Positions 55,187 to 64,000 of a stretch of 64,000 bases of DNA are shown piece by piece; the first letter of the stretch is position 1; each line of letters starts with the position of its first letter. A model generated the notes under the pieces. That model had not been told where the DNA came from and ran no database searches. It was given only the letters and a program-made list of their open reading frames with translations. The stretch comes from Coraliomargaritaceae bacterium (GTDB taxonomy: Bacteria; Verrucomicrobiota; Verrucomicrobiia; Opitutales; Coraliomargaritaceae). The translations under genes and the position numbers were made by a program. The stretch spans positions 1,947-65,946 of the forward strand of contig CBFHPB010000004.1 in the NCBI GenBank assembly GCA_965657485.1, written 5' to 3'.

Positions 55187-55232
55187 ACACGTGTTGCTGA
55201 ATCGAACTATATAAAGGTCCCTATATTCTACT

Positions 55233-56123
55233 ATGATATTATCCGGATTTACCGATGAAGCGGGTCAAGACCTGACTTCACAGATAAAAGCCACGCATGA
55301 GCTTGGCTGGAAGCACCTATCTGCGCGTGGAGTTAACGGCAAAAATCTACATGACTTGCCGGATGCCGAGTTTGAATCCGTCGCCGAGCAGTTGGATGCT
55401 GCCAGCATACAAGTCGTTGAGTTCGGATCTCTGATCGGTAGCTGGTCCAAGCCCATTGATTCCGACTTTGATCTTACAATTGCTGAAATCAACAGGGCCA
55501 TTCCTCGAATGCAGCGCCTTGGCACTAAAATGATCCGTATTATGTCTTACGGGCAGAAGCCTTGGGGAGAAGATCAGCAAGAAGGTGAACGCTTTCGCCG
55601 TATACGAGAGATCGTCGCCCGATTTGCCGAAGCGGGCCTATCTGCAATACATGAAAACTGCATGAATTGGGGCGGTTTTTCATCTGAGCACACACTTCGA
55701 CTGATTGACGAAGTGCCGGGCCTCAAGCTGATCTTTGACACGGGTAATCCGGTTTTTCAGCGTGACCGTTCGAAACCCGAACCCTACCCATGGCAGGATC
55801 CACTCGAGTTTTACAACGCTGTTAAAGAGCACGTTGTTCACGTCCATATCAAAGACTGCCTAAAGCCTGTCGATGGAAATGACGAACCCGAGCAGTACAC
55901 GCTTCCAGGCGATGGCCAGGCGCGCTTGCCGAAGATCCTCTCTGCTCTTCATGCCGATGGATATGATGGTGCCTTTGCAATTGAGCCACACGTAGCCACA
56001 GTTTTTCACTCGAGTGATACATCCTCCACCGATGAGGAGCTCTGCTATCGCTCATACGTAGAATACGGTAAGGTCTTCGAAAGCATTCTAGCAGATCATT
56101 TCGCCAGCCAGATTTCAGCATAG
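55233..56123 (+). CDS. Sugar phosphate isomerase/epimerase family (TIM barrel)
   Basis: SGFTDEAG, HENC, IFDTGNP, HVHIKD, AIEPH. Confidence 0.88.
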   Translation: MILSGFTDEAGQDLTSQIKATHELGWKHLSARGVNGKNLHDLPDAEFESVAEQLDAASIQVVEFGSLIGSWSKPIDSDFDLTIAEINRAIPRMQRLGTKMIRIMSYGQKPWGEDQQEGERFRRIREIVARFAEAGLSAIHENCMNWGGFSSEHTLRLIDEVPGLKLIFDTGNPVFQRDRSKPEPYPWQDPLEFYNAVKEHVVHVHIKDCLKPVDGNDEPEQYTLPGDGQARLPKILSALHADGYDGAFAIEPHVATVFHSSDTSSTDEELCYRSYVEYGKVFESILADHFASQISA

Positions 56124-56197
56124 CGCGCGATTTGCTAAGTTTCGCGCTACGAATTGGATCATTGCAGACTTCGCGGAACACGCTTCTATAGGGGCTG

Positions 56198-57700
56198 ATG
56201 CAACGAGCTTATCTCAATTGGATTAGCTGGAGTGTTGTTATAGCACTCGCCATATGGTTGCGCATGGATGGATTGAGTGATCGACCCATTCACGCGGATG
56301 AAGCAACGGGTGCACGCATATTGGCCGAACGCATTGCGGGTAATGATTACGAGTTCGATCCGAATCACTTCCATGGACCGTTTCTAAGCTTCATCACACA
56401 ACCGATTGCTCAGATTAGAGGTGAAGGCAATTGGTCTGATTTATCAGTGAACACCCTGAGATTCAGCGTTGTTCTCGCAGGATTACTGACCGTCCTAGCC
56501 CCGCTCCTTTTACTCAACGAGATCGGTCGATTGCCGGCTTTGATTTCCGGGGCACTATTGGCCACCTCCCCTCTTCTGGTCTACTACAACCGAATGTACA
56601 TACACGAGAGCTGGCTTGTGCTTTTTGGTTTACTCTCGTTCTGTGCAATCCACCGCCTACTTGTTCGACCGAACTCTTACAATAGTTTGCTGGCAGGGTT
56701 GTTCGTAGGCCTAATGTTTGCGACCAAAGAAACTCTTGCGATCTCGATCATCAGTTGGTCGCTTGCCTGCTTTGTTTATTTATTCAGTCGCTACTACGCG
56801 GGTGGAAGTAAATTCGCTCTGAAACCCTACTTCAAATCTATCACAATCGGTTCCCTGTTCTCTATTTTTGTAGGCGCTGTATTCTTTACGAATTGCTTTA
56901 CTCGACCAACTGCCATTCTTGATGCATTTGAAACGTTCTTTGTCTACGAAACGACTCCCGGGCATGAAAAGCCATTACTCTACTATTTAGAATTATTGGT
57001 TTGGCCAAAATACGCGATAGGGACTTGGTGGAGCGAAGCACTCGTGTGCTTGTTAAGTATCATCGCAGTTGCTTTTAGTGTCATCAGGAAAAAGAATCTG
57101 CCCTTTCTGCTTCTAGTTCTCGTTTCGACTTCCGCTCATATTCTAATCTACAGTTCTATCGCCTATAAAACTCCTTGGCTAATGCTTTTGCCATGGGCGC
57201 ATGCATGCTTCTTAGGTGCTTTTGCATTCCGAACATTCGATCAAGAGACTAGGCTTATCAAAGGATCTCTTATGGTTCTGCTGGTTCTTGGTCTGACTTT
57301 TCAAACAAAGCAGAGCCTCGATGCCTCTGGAAAGTTTTCGAATGATGCGCGAAATCCTTATGCCTACGTGCCCACCAGCAAGGATTTACGAAATCTTCAA
57401 TCATGGCTAGTGGGTCTCAATGCTATGCAGCAGATAGAACCAATTGCTGTCGTTGGCTCAGGATACTGGCCTTTGCCCTGGTATTTAAAAGAATTCGAAA
57501 GAGTCGGATATTGGCCAACTGTGAATGATGAAATGAAGACCTTGCCACTGGTTATCTCGATGCAATCTGAGTCGGAAGCCTGCACTGATGTGCTCAAAGC
57601 AACTCACATCCCACTCCCGCGCGGCCTTCGCGAGAATGCATCCATCATGCTCTTTCTCAGGTACGACTTGTGGCAACAATGGAATGAAGAAGCACCATGA
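56198..57700 (+). CDS. GT-C fold membrane glycosyltransferase (PMT/ArnT-like; TIGR03663/Agl23-like)
   Basis: First TM followed by RPIHADEA (DE acceptor-loop motif), YEFDPNHFHGP, YIHE, TKE, IAYKTPW; many TM helices. Confidence 0.75.
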   Translation: MQRAYLNWISWSVVIALAIWLRMDGLSDRPIHADEATGARILAERIAGNDYEFDPNHFHGPFLSFITQPIAQIRGEGNWSDLSVNTLRFSVVLAGLLTVLAPLLLLNEIGRLPALISGALLATSPLLVYYNRMYIHESWLVLFGLLSFCAIHRLLVRPNSYNSLLAGLFVGLMFATKETLAISIISWSLACFVYLFSRYYAGGSKFALKPYFKSITIGSLFSIFVGAVFFTNCFTRPTAILDAFETFFVYETTPGHEKPLLYYLELLVWPKYAIGTWWSEALVCLLSIIAVAFSVIRKKNLPFLLLVLVSTSAHILIYSSIAYKTPWLMLLPWAHACFLGAFAFRTFDQETRLIKGSLMVLLVLGLTFQTKQSLDASGKFSNDARNPYAYVPTSKDLRNLQSWLVGLNAMQQIEPIAVVGSGYWPLPWYLKEFERVGYWPTVNDEMKTLPLVISMQSESEACTDVLKATHIPLPRGLRENASIMLFLRYDLWQQWNEEAP

Positions 57701-58491
57701 GCAACGAGTTCAAATTTCAGCATGAAGCGATGAATACGACCTTCAGCTTTCGGATTGTCCATGAGGATGAAAAGGAAGCCAGGTCGGCCTTCTCGTCTGC
57801 AATCGAACTCATTGAGAAACTCGAGAACTTGCTGAGTCGTTACATTCCCGGGAGTGACGTATGGCAACTCAATCACATGCAGGCGGGCCAATCGCTTTTC
57901 ATCGATGATCATACCTACGCCTGTCTGCGCCAGGCGGTGGAAATGCATTCGCTGAGCGGTGGCCTGTTCGATGTCTCTCTAGGTCGTCAGATCGAGCATC
58001 TTAAATCACAATCGGACGCCCCTGCTCCTGGTATCGAAGGCTCCTTGAATATCGATCCTGACAAACCGGCAGTTCACTGTCTCGAACCGGGCCGTGAGGT
58101 TGACTTGGGTGGGATTGGTAAAGGTTACGCCCTGGATTGCGTCGCAAAGGAAATGTCCGAATGGGGCATTCAATGTGCTCTAATTTCGTCGGGTGCTAGC
58201 ACGCATTTAGCCTTTGGGGATAAGAGTTGGCAGATTCAATTAGTCGGAGCGTTGACTGAAAGAACGATCAACCTTCAAAACATGGCTCTCAGTGTATCCG
58301 GTGCGGACGTTCAAGGGACGCACATTGTATCTCCCGCAGATACATCAAATGCAGCTCCTAATGGCCCGAAATTATGGGTACTCCACCCGAAAGCCTCTTA
58401 TGCAGATGCTTGGTCGACTGCCTGCTTTTTGATGGACGATCAACAGTTGGATCAAATCAGCGATCAATTGAGCATCATTAAAGACTGCTGA
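57697..58491 (+). CDS. apbE: FAD:protein FMN transferase (ApbE family)
   Basis: EAMNTTF, LSRYIPGSDVWQLN, SGGLFDVS, DLGGIGKGYALD, HIVSP, ADAWSTA; ATGA overlap with the upstream GT-C gene. Confidence 0.9.
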   Translation: MSNEFKFQHEAMNTTFSFRIVHEDEKEARSAFSSAIELIEKLENLLSRYIPGSDVWQLNHMQAGQSLFIDDHTYACLRQAVEMHSLSGGLFDVSLGRQIEHLKSQSDAPAPGIEGSLNIDPDKPAVHCLEPGREVDLGGIGKGYALDCVAKEMSEWGIQCALISSGASTHLAFGDKSWQIQLVGALTERTINLQNMALSVSGADVQGTHIVSPADTSNAAPNGPKLWVLHPKASYADAWSTACFLMDDQQLDQISDQLSIIKDC

Positions 58492-58510
58492 TTCACTCTA
58501 ATGCGATGAA

Positions 58511-59227
58511 CTACTGCAAAGGCCTAGTGATTGGCTCAAGCAGCTGAACGGCCGCTTCGTTTTCATACTTGAGAGCCACATCGAGTGCGCGTCCTCCATC
58601 CTTTGCGATTACATTTGGATCTACTTCAGCGTCTATTAGCAGCTGTATCATATCCGCGCTCCCGCTTGAGGCGGCTTCGTGAAGGACCGAGCCGCCCAGT
58701 TTGCTAATCACATGCAAATCGGCGCCTGCCTCGATGAGAGCCTTTGCGGCATCAATCCGATCTTTTGCAGCCGCCCAATGCAGAGGCGCCCAACCGACGC
58801 TATCGAGTTCATTTAAGCCCGCACCCTTTTCGGCTAACAGAGGAATCAACTCCGGCAAATTCCTGTCAACTGCCAAGTGCGTGGCTGTTCGAGAGCTGGA
58901 GTCCGTAGCACAGACATCGGCACCTTTGAGGATCAGTAACTTCGCAATCTCGACCTTTTTTCGTAGTATGGCCGATAGCAACGGCGGCATATCAGGCCGA
59001 CTGCCCCTGTTAACCAAATCGGGATTCGACTCGATTAGTGCTTGAACTGCAGAAAAGTCCCCCCTTGCAACTGCCTTATCAATGGTAATCTTGTCGATAA
59101 CCACACGAACCGCATCTTCTTCGATTGAAGCCAAGTCATCAGACTTCTGCTCGCAACCTGAAACGATCAAGGCGAGCAGAAGACTGAAACTAAAGAGATG
59201 GCTTTTGTTAGTGCGCACCCTCACCAA
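58511..59227 (-). CDS. Ankyrin-repeat lipoprotein
   Basis: Lipobox IVSGC; ankyrin repeats TATHLAVD, APLHWAA, SVLHEAA; start probably GTG at 59224 or 59218, overlapping the MFS stop. Confidence 0.85.
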   Translation of the reverse strand: MVRVRTNKSHLFSFSLLLALIVSGCEQKSDDLASIEEDAVRVVIDKITIDKAVARGDFSAVQALIESNPDLVNRGSRPDMPPLLSAILRKKVEIAKLLILKGADVCATDSSSRTATHLAVDRNLPELIPLLAEKGAGLNELDSVGWAPLHWAAAKDRIDAAKALIEAGADLHVISKLGGSVLHEAASSGSADMIQLLIDAEVDPNVIAKDGGRALDVALKYENEAAVQLLEPITRPLQ

Positions 59228-60767
59228 GAACTTTTGGCTTATAGCCTCCCTTGCTCTTGAAGTAGAGAATTAGACCGATGTAACACACCAGTAGGAAAGC
59301 AGGAAAGAATGCCATTTTAGCCAAGGCACCCTGGGACTCGCGCTCAACAATACCAGCAATAGTCGCTTGTTGTCCTTCAGGAAGTGCTGCGACAGCATCG
59401 GCATCGAGAGAATGGTAGTTTCCAAGGACATACTCCTTTTCAACAGTAACCTGTTGGTGGATCGTTGGAATTTCCTCTTCGACAGAAGAACTAACTGAAC
59501 TGTCCTGCAGGAACCCGATGAACGGGAACCCGAGAATTCCAACCGCCAGCATACCAATGCCAGCAATAGCGTTGAGTGTCAGCGCCCCTCCTTTAGGTGT
59601 TTGTTCAGAGACGACCCCAAGCATGGTTGGCCAGAAATAGGTTTTGCCAACGCCATAGAGTGTGGCCGCGGCAAAGATCATCGCCAGTCCGGTTGAGAAG
59701 GACAAAAGGTAAAGACCAATGATAGCGAGAACCGAGCAGATAGCCAGCAACCCAAGGGGCTTAAAGAATGCAATCACTGGTCCGGCGAAGAAGCGGAGCA
59801 CCATCATGATAGCTGAAGTGTAAACAAGCACCCAAGCGGCGTTGTAACCAGCTTCGTGCATCGGTTTTTCCATGAGGCCAGAGATCCAGCCGTCTGTGCC
59901 GATTTCAGTTGTAGCCAATGGCATCATCATAATCACTAAGATGATCAACAGCCAGTTACCAACTGAGCGGCAATAGAGGCCGTATCCTGCGACTGTAACA
60001 ATTGTCAGCCCCCATGTTAGAGGTGTCGACCACCAGCTAAAGACTTGCTCCAACTGGACGAAGATCAAGGCGAAGGCGATTAAAGCACTGACAACACCAA
60101 ACTCAGCCAGCATGTCGCGGTAGCTTGTGCCCGCTGCCACACGTTCGTTGACTGGGAATTTAGCCTTAGCAAGCATGACGACATAAACAATCGCAGGAAG
60201 AAAGATCAGACCGATAAAAATGCGCCAGTCACTGCCAGCCACACCAGTTAGCATAATAGTTAAGACACCACCGAGCACCAAGCCACCCGGCCAGCCGGCA
60301 TGGAGAATATTCAGCCATTTAGACTTTTCATCCCTGAAGAGTGTCGCAACCACTGGATTGATAAATGCCTCAACAGTGCCGTTGCCTAAGCCAAGGACGA
60401 CTGAGCCCCAATACAAAAGTGTCCAAGCCTTCGCCTGGGCTGCAGCTAGATCAGTCACGTCACCTGTGATTGTACTATATGCCATCATGGCCATCGCTCC
60501 AAACACTGCATAACAAGCGAAACTGAAATACATCGCAAACTTATAGCCGACGCGATCGATGATTAAACTGAACAAGATAATACTGATCGCAAAAGGCCAA
60601 ATGCCCGCACCGAAGAGCGCACCACTCTGAGTATTATCTAGTCCGAATTGCTCGGGCCACATACCACCATTAATTAGAATGGCACGAATAATAAATGCCA
60701 TTGAGGTTGTGATAAGGGCTATAAATGAGCCCCAGAATACGATTTGGTCGTTTTTGCTGTGTTTCAA
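59208..60767 (-). CDS. MFS transporter (sugar permease-like)
   Basis: SLIIDRVGYK, GNGTVEAFINPVVATLF, WLNILHAGWPGG, YGVGKTYFWPTMLG; 12+ TM segments; TTG start. Confidence 0.88.
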   Translation of the reverse strand: MKHSKNDQIVFWGSFIALITTSMAFIIRAILINGGMWPEQFGLDNTQSGALFGAGIWPFAISIILFSLIIDRVGYKFAMYFSFACYAVFGAMAMMAYSTITGDVTDLAAAQAKAWTLLYWGSVVLGLGNGTVEAFINPVVATLFRDEKSKWLNILHAGWPGGLVLGGVLTIMLTGVAGSDWRIFIGLIFLPAIVYVVMLAKAKFPVNERVAAGTSYRDMLAEFGVVSALIAFALIFVQLEQVFSWWSTPLTWGLTIVTVAGYGLYCRSVGNWLLIILVIMMMPLATTEIGTDGWISGLMEKPMHEAGYNAAWVLVYTSAIMMVLRFFAGPVIAFFKPLGLLAICSVLAIIGLYLLSFSTGLAMIFAAATLYGVGKTYFWPTMLGVVSEQTPKGGALTLNAIAGIGMLAVGILGFPFIGFLQDSSVSSSVEEEIPTIHQQVTVEKEYVLGNYHSLDADAVAALPEGQQATIAGIVERESQGALAKMAFFPAFLLVCYIGLILYFKSKGGYKPKVLGEGAH

Positions 60768-60788
60768 AACTGGTGCGGGGTTAGTTGT

Positions 60789-61613
60789 TTATGAGGTAGT
60801 TGTTTGTAAGGTCTTGTTCTTACGACGTTGCGTTGGGGATGCGGAAATATCACTGAAACGCCGACGATAACGCAATGGCGTAATCTTAAGTTCCAGGCGA
60901 AATGCACGAGTCATATTGGTTTGGTCGTTAAAGCCGCAATAAATTGCAATCTTGGAAAGCTGGTTCTTTGTCTCGCGAAGTAATTTACAGGCAGCATTTA
61001 AGCGTGTCCTGCGTAAATACATCAGTGGCGTTAATCCGAAGGTTTTGCGGAAGAGTCTCTCCTGGGAACTGACCGATATACCACCAACTTTTGCCATATC
61101 GGAAACGGATAACTTCTCGCGGAAGTTCGACTTCACGAAGTTCACAATTTCATACATCTCAGGGTGCCCCGAATAGACTGAGTCCGAATCTTGTATAATC
61201 CGAGCCACGCCGGCTAAGCCAATCACCTTTCCATCTAGCCCCCATAGCGGTATTTTAGTCGTGCAGAGCCAGTCAAGAGAGCCGTCACGGGAAGATACCA
61301 ACTCAATCTTATCACGTAGAGGCCTGCTTGAAGCAATCACGGCTTGGTCGTCCGCGTAAAACGCATCGGCCATGAAATCAGGGCTATAATCGTAGTCCGT
61401 CTTGCCGATCATCGCGTCAACTGACGGCTCACCGAGTGCGTTCGCAAAACTCTGATTGCCCCCCGTAAAGCGGCTGTTCACATCCTTGACAAAATAGTGA
61501 ACTCCGGGGATGCTATCAAATAACTCAAAGAGTAACTGTCCCGGTTGAAGCGAACTCAGGAAATCCTCACGGTTGCAAGGTGGAAGGTTTTTGAACTTGA
61601 GGCTAAAGCTCAT
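60789..61613 (-). CDS. AraC family transcriptional regulator with N-terminal PAS domain
   Basis: YFVKDVNSRF..GKTDYDY..D..V PAS_4 pattern; C-terminal ERLFRKTFGLTP and IAIYCGFNDQTNMTRAFR double HTH. Confidence 0.92.
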   Translation of the reverse strand: MSFSLKFKNLPPCNREDFLSSLQPGQLLFELFDSIPGVHYFVKDVNSRFTGGNQSFANALGEPSVDAMIGKTDYDYSPDFMADAFYADDQAVIASSRPLRDKIELVSSRDGSLDWLCTTKIPLWGLDGKVIGLAGVARIIQDSDSVYSGHPEMYEIVNFVKSNFREKLSVSDMAKVGGISVSSQERLFRKTFGLTPLMYLRRTRLNAACKLLRETKNQLSKIAIYCGFNDQTNMTRAFRLELKITPLRYRRRFSDISASPTQRRKNKTLQTTTS

Positions 61614-61889
61614 TCATTGAAATTCTCCACCGGCTGACGCAATTTGACAAGCAATATTTGGGATGCTGGAAATGATTCCTTATCGACCAGATACAGAAAT
61701 TTAACCTTTCTAAGTCGCATGCAACTGAAACGCAGTAGGTTGCACAATGCATCTACCCGGCAGAGTGGGCAAATATTTTTGAGAAATCTTCAACCACAGG
61801 AAATTTCTTATTGCTCTATTCTCTGCGATTTGCATATAATTGGATTTCCTTGGACTGTCCCGAAACAATTATAATATACGTATATTCCC

Positions 61890-62405
61890 ATGATTGCTGT
61901 CACAAAAAACGACGAGCTAGGCCTGAGCTTGGCCATGTTAACCCTTCGTATTTGGCTATCCGTACGCGCCATACAAACTGGAATCGAAAAGTTTGCCGGA
62001 ATCAAATCGATCGATACTGCGGTCACCATCGATGGAGCACCGAATAGCTATGGATTAACAGAGAGCGGCACAGAGAAGGCCTATGCTTTCAGTAATTACA
62101 GTGGTGTCCCTGCCCCGCTTCAGGACAAGTTCGCGAGCGAACCTCTGATTCCTTCATGGGGTCTCAGCATCTACGACACAGTCATAGGTCCGGCGCTTAT
62201 CATCATGGGCCTGACTCTCTTGCTGGGGCTCGCGACTCGCATCTCTCTTTTTGCCATGGGCTTACTCTATACAAGTCTCACCTTCGGTCTAATTCTGATT
62301 AAGCAGGACGCAGGCGTTGCCTGGCTTGGCATACATATTATTATGATTACTGCCGCTCTGGCACTTGCGAAATACAATCGCTTCGCCATCCTCAAGAAGT
62401 GGTAA
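61890..62405 (+). CDS. DoxX family membrane protein
   Basis: LRIWL..GIEKF, LLLGLATR; four hydrophobic segments. Confidence 0.75.
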   Translation: MIAVTKNDELGLSLAMLTLRIWLSVRAIQTGIEKFAGIKSIDTAVTIDGAPNSYGLTESGTEKAYAFSNYSGVPAPLQDKFASEPLIPSWGLSIYDTVIGPALIIMGLTLLLGLATRISLFAMGLLYTSLTFGLILIKQDAGVAWLGIHIIMITAALALAKYNRFAILKKW

Positions 62406-62430
62406 TTAAGCAATAAATAGATTCTTTATT

Positions 62431-63810
62431 ATGGAGCCCCCATTTCCCCCACTCTCTCGGAGAGATTTCATAACCAAGAGCGCAATAGGGACAGGCCTAG
62501 CACTTGGTGCTCCGAGTATTTTAAAAGCAAAAGAGCCCGGCGCATCTGGCGATGATATTCGAGTCGGTTTCATCGGTTGTGGTAAACAACATGAAGTGCT
62601 TTTCAACGCCATGGTCAATATTCCCGGCATCCACTACGTGGCTGCTGCGGATATTATGCGTGACCGCTTAGGGCGCACTTTCGGCGCTATCCGTGGGCGC
62701 TTCGACACTCAGATCAAGCGCTACTTCGATGTTGAAGAGATGCTGGAAAAAGAAGAACTCGATGCTGTCTTCATCTCTACGCCTGATTTTTGGCACGCAC
62801 CACATACCATTATGGCTTTGGAAGCTGGATGCCATGTGTATTGCGAGAAGATGATGTCCAATACCATCGAAGGTGCCCGCAGCATGGTCGCGGCTATGGA
62901 TCGCACCGGCAAACTCTGCCAGATCGGCCATCAGCGACGCAGCAATCCACGCTATCTTTTTACGCTCAACGAGTTGATCAAGAAGCATGAAATTTGCGGA
63001 CAGATTATCAATATCAACGGACAATGGAATCGTGCCTTGAGTTCATCTCAAGACATCGTCTCCAAACCATCCATCCTCCCAAAGAAGGATATCCTGCTCA
63101 AGGCTGGTTTCAACTCGGGCACAGATAAAGATCTAAGCGAAGAAGAACTTCGTCATCGCTTCCTGAACTGGCGCTTCTACACAGCTCTTTCCGGCGGTCC
63201 GATCTCCGACTTGGGTGCACACCAAATCGACATCTTCAACTGGTATCTCGGCGCAAACCCGAAATCCGTCATGGCATCGGGCGGCCGAAGTTACTTCAAG
63301 GAGCGCGAGCACTTCGACAACGTCATGTGCGTATTCGATTACGATACATCACAGGGCAACGCTCGCGCATTTTATCAAGTCCTCACGACGACTAGTGCTG
63401 GCGGCGGATACTATGAGTCCTTTATGGGGACTGAAGGCACGATCGAGATCTCCGAACGTGAAGCTTATACCAACATTTACAAAGAGTCTGGTGCTGACGG
63501 AGCGAAATGGAACGAGCTCGTTTCTCGCGGCATTTTAAAGAAAGAAGCTGCCGGTGTGGCTGCTGGTGGTTCCGATGCGATTGCATCTTATGAGTCCGCT
63601 CCACCCGACAAGTACGCCCTTCCGGGCGGGCTTAATAAGCCACCTCACCAGCCACATATTGAAAACTTTCTCAACGCAATCCGTGGCGATGCAGAATTGA
63701 CTTGCGATGCACGTCACGCACTTGAGTCTGAAGCACCGATCTATTGGGTAAACCCAGCTGCAGAGAGCAAAGAAATTATCAAATTTACAGACGAACACCT
63801 ACACACATAA
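62431..63810 (+). CDS. Tat-exported Gfo/Idh/MocA oxidoreductase
   Basis: SRRDFI signal; VGFIGCG, STPDFWHA, VYCEKMM, QIGHQRRS, DLGAHQID. Confidence 0.9.
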   Translation: MEPPFPPLSRRDFITKSAIGTGLALGAPSILKAKEPGASGDDIRVGFIGCGKQHEVLFNAMVNIPGIHYVAAADIMRDRLGRTFGAIRGRFDTQIKRYFDVEEMLEKEELDAVFISTPDFWHAPHTIMALEAGCHVYCEKMMSNTIEGARSMVAAMDRTGKLCQIGHQRRSNPRYLFTLNELIKKHEICGQIININGQWNRALSSSQDIVSKPSILPKKDILLKAGFNSGTDKDLSEEELRHRFLNWRFYTALSGGPISDLGAHQIDIFNWYLGANPKSVMASGGRSYFKEREHFDNVMCVFDYDTSQGNARAFYQVLTTTSAGGGYYESFMGTEGTIEISEREAYTNIYKESGADGAKWNELVSRGILKKEAAGVAAGGSDAIASYESAPPDKYALPGGLNKPPHQPHIENFLNAIRGDAELTCDARHALESEAPIYWVNPAAESKEIIKFTDEHLHT

Positions 63811-63814
63811 GAAA

Positions 63815-64000
63815 ATGAGACACATCGCATACCTTACAATTGCATCAAGCGCACTTTTCTTCACCGCATGTGGTGATAAAAGCGGATCTTCGGATGAAGT
63901 GCCCGCTACAGCTGACACACCCGCTTCTGCGCCATCCGGCGGGGGCATGGCTCTCACCACAGAGATCCCGCCCGAGCTTATTGAAGGCACACCTCAACCG
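63815..64000 (+). CDS. Lipoprotein of unknown function, N-terminal part (runs out of window)
   Basis: MRHIAYLTIASSALFFTAC lipobox, A/P/S/T-rich tether, then TTEIPPELIEGTPQP; frame open to position 64000. Confidence 0.75.
   Translation, partial: MRHIAYLTIASSALFFTACGDKSGSSDEVPATADTPASAPSGGGMALTTEIPPELIEGTPQP

Overview
Bacterial chromosomal DNA, most likely Verrucomicrobiota (Opitutales/Coraliomargarita-like). That assignment is inferred from the PVC-typical gene families present (DUF1549/DUF1553, DUF1501, planctomycete cytochrome c, a TIGR04138-like protein, PEP-CTERM proteins); no database search was run. Housekeeping genes: cls, oppA, an M16 protease, rpoZ-smpB-thrB, rplM-rpsI, argCJBDF, purL, cspA, panC-nadB-panE and dapL. 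Accessory content: (i) a secreted c-type cytochrome DUF1549/1553-DUF1501-cytochrome/LRR operon; (ii) three loci built from Gfo/Idh/MocA oxidoreductases (six intact, four with Tat signals), DUF1080 proteins and xylose-isomerase-like TIM barrels, resembling the oxidation-elimination-hydration glycoside pathway; the largest also carries a GT-C glycosyltransferase, the flavin transferase ApbE, DoxX, a Nramp-fold transporter lacking its metal motif, an AraC-PAS regulator and lipoproteins; (iii) three PEP-CTERM proteins; (iv) two decayed IS3 elements and several pseudogenes. Non-coding structure is rich: three GTAG-type REP doublets in the first 6 kb, and a palindromic heptamer-repeat element found both at the argD/argF junction and inserted in frame inside purL. 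No rRNA, tRNA, tmRNA or CRISPR array was recognised. Family names come from motif recognition and should be confirmed with HMM searches.
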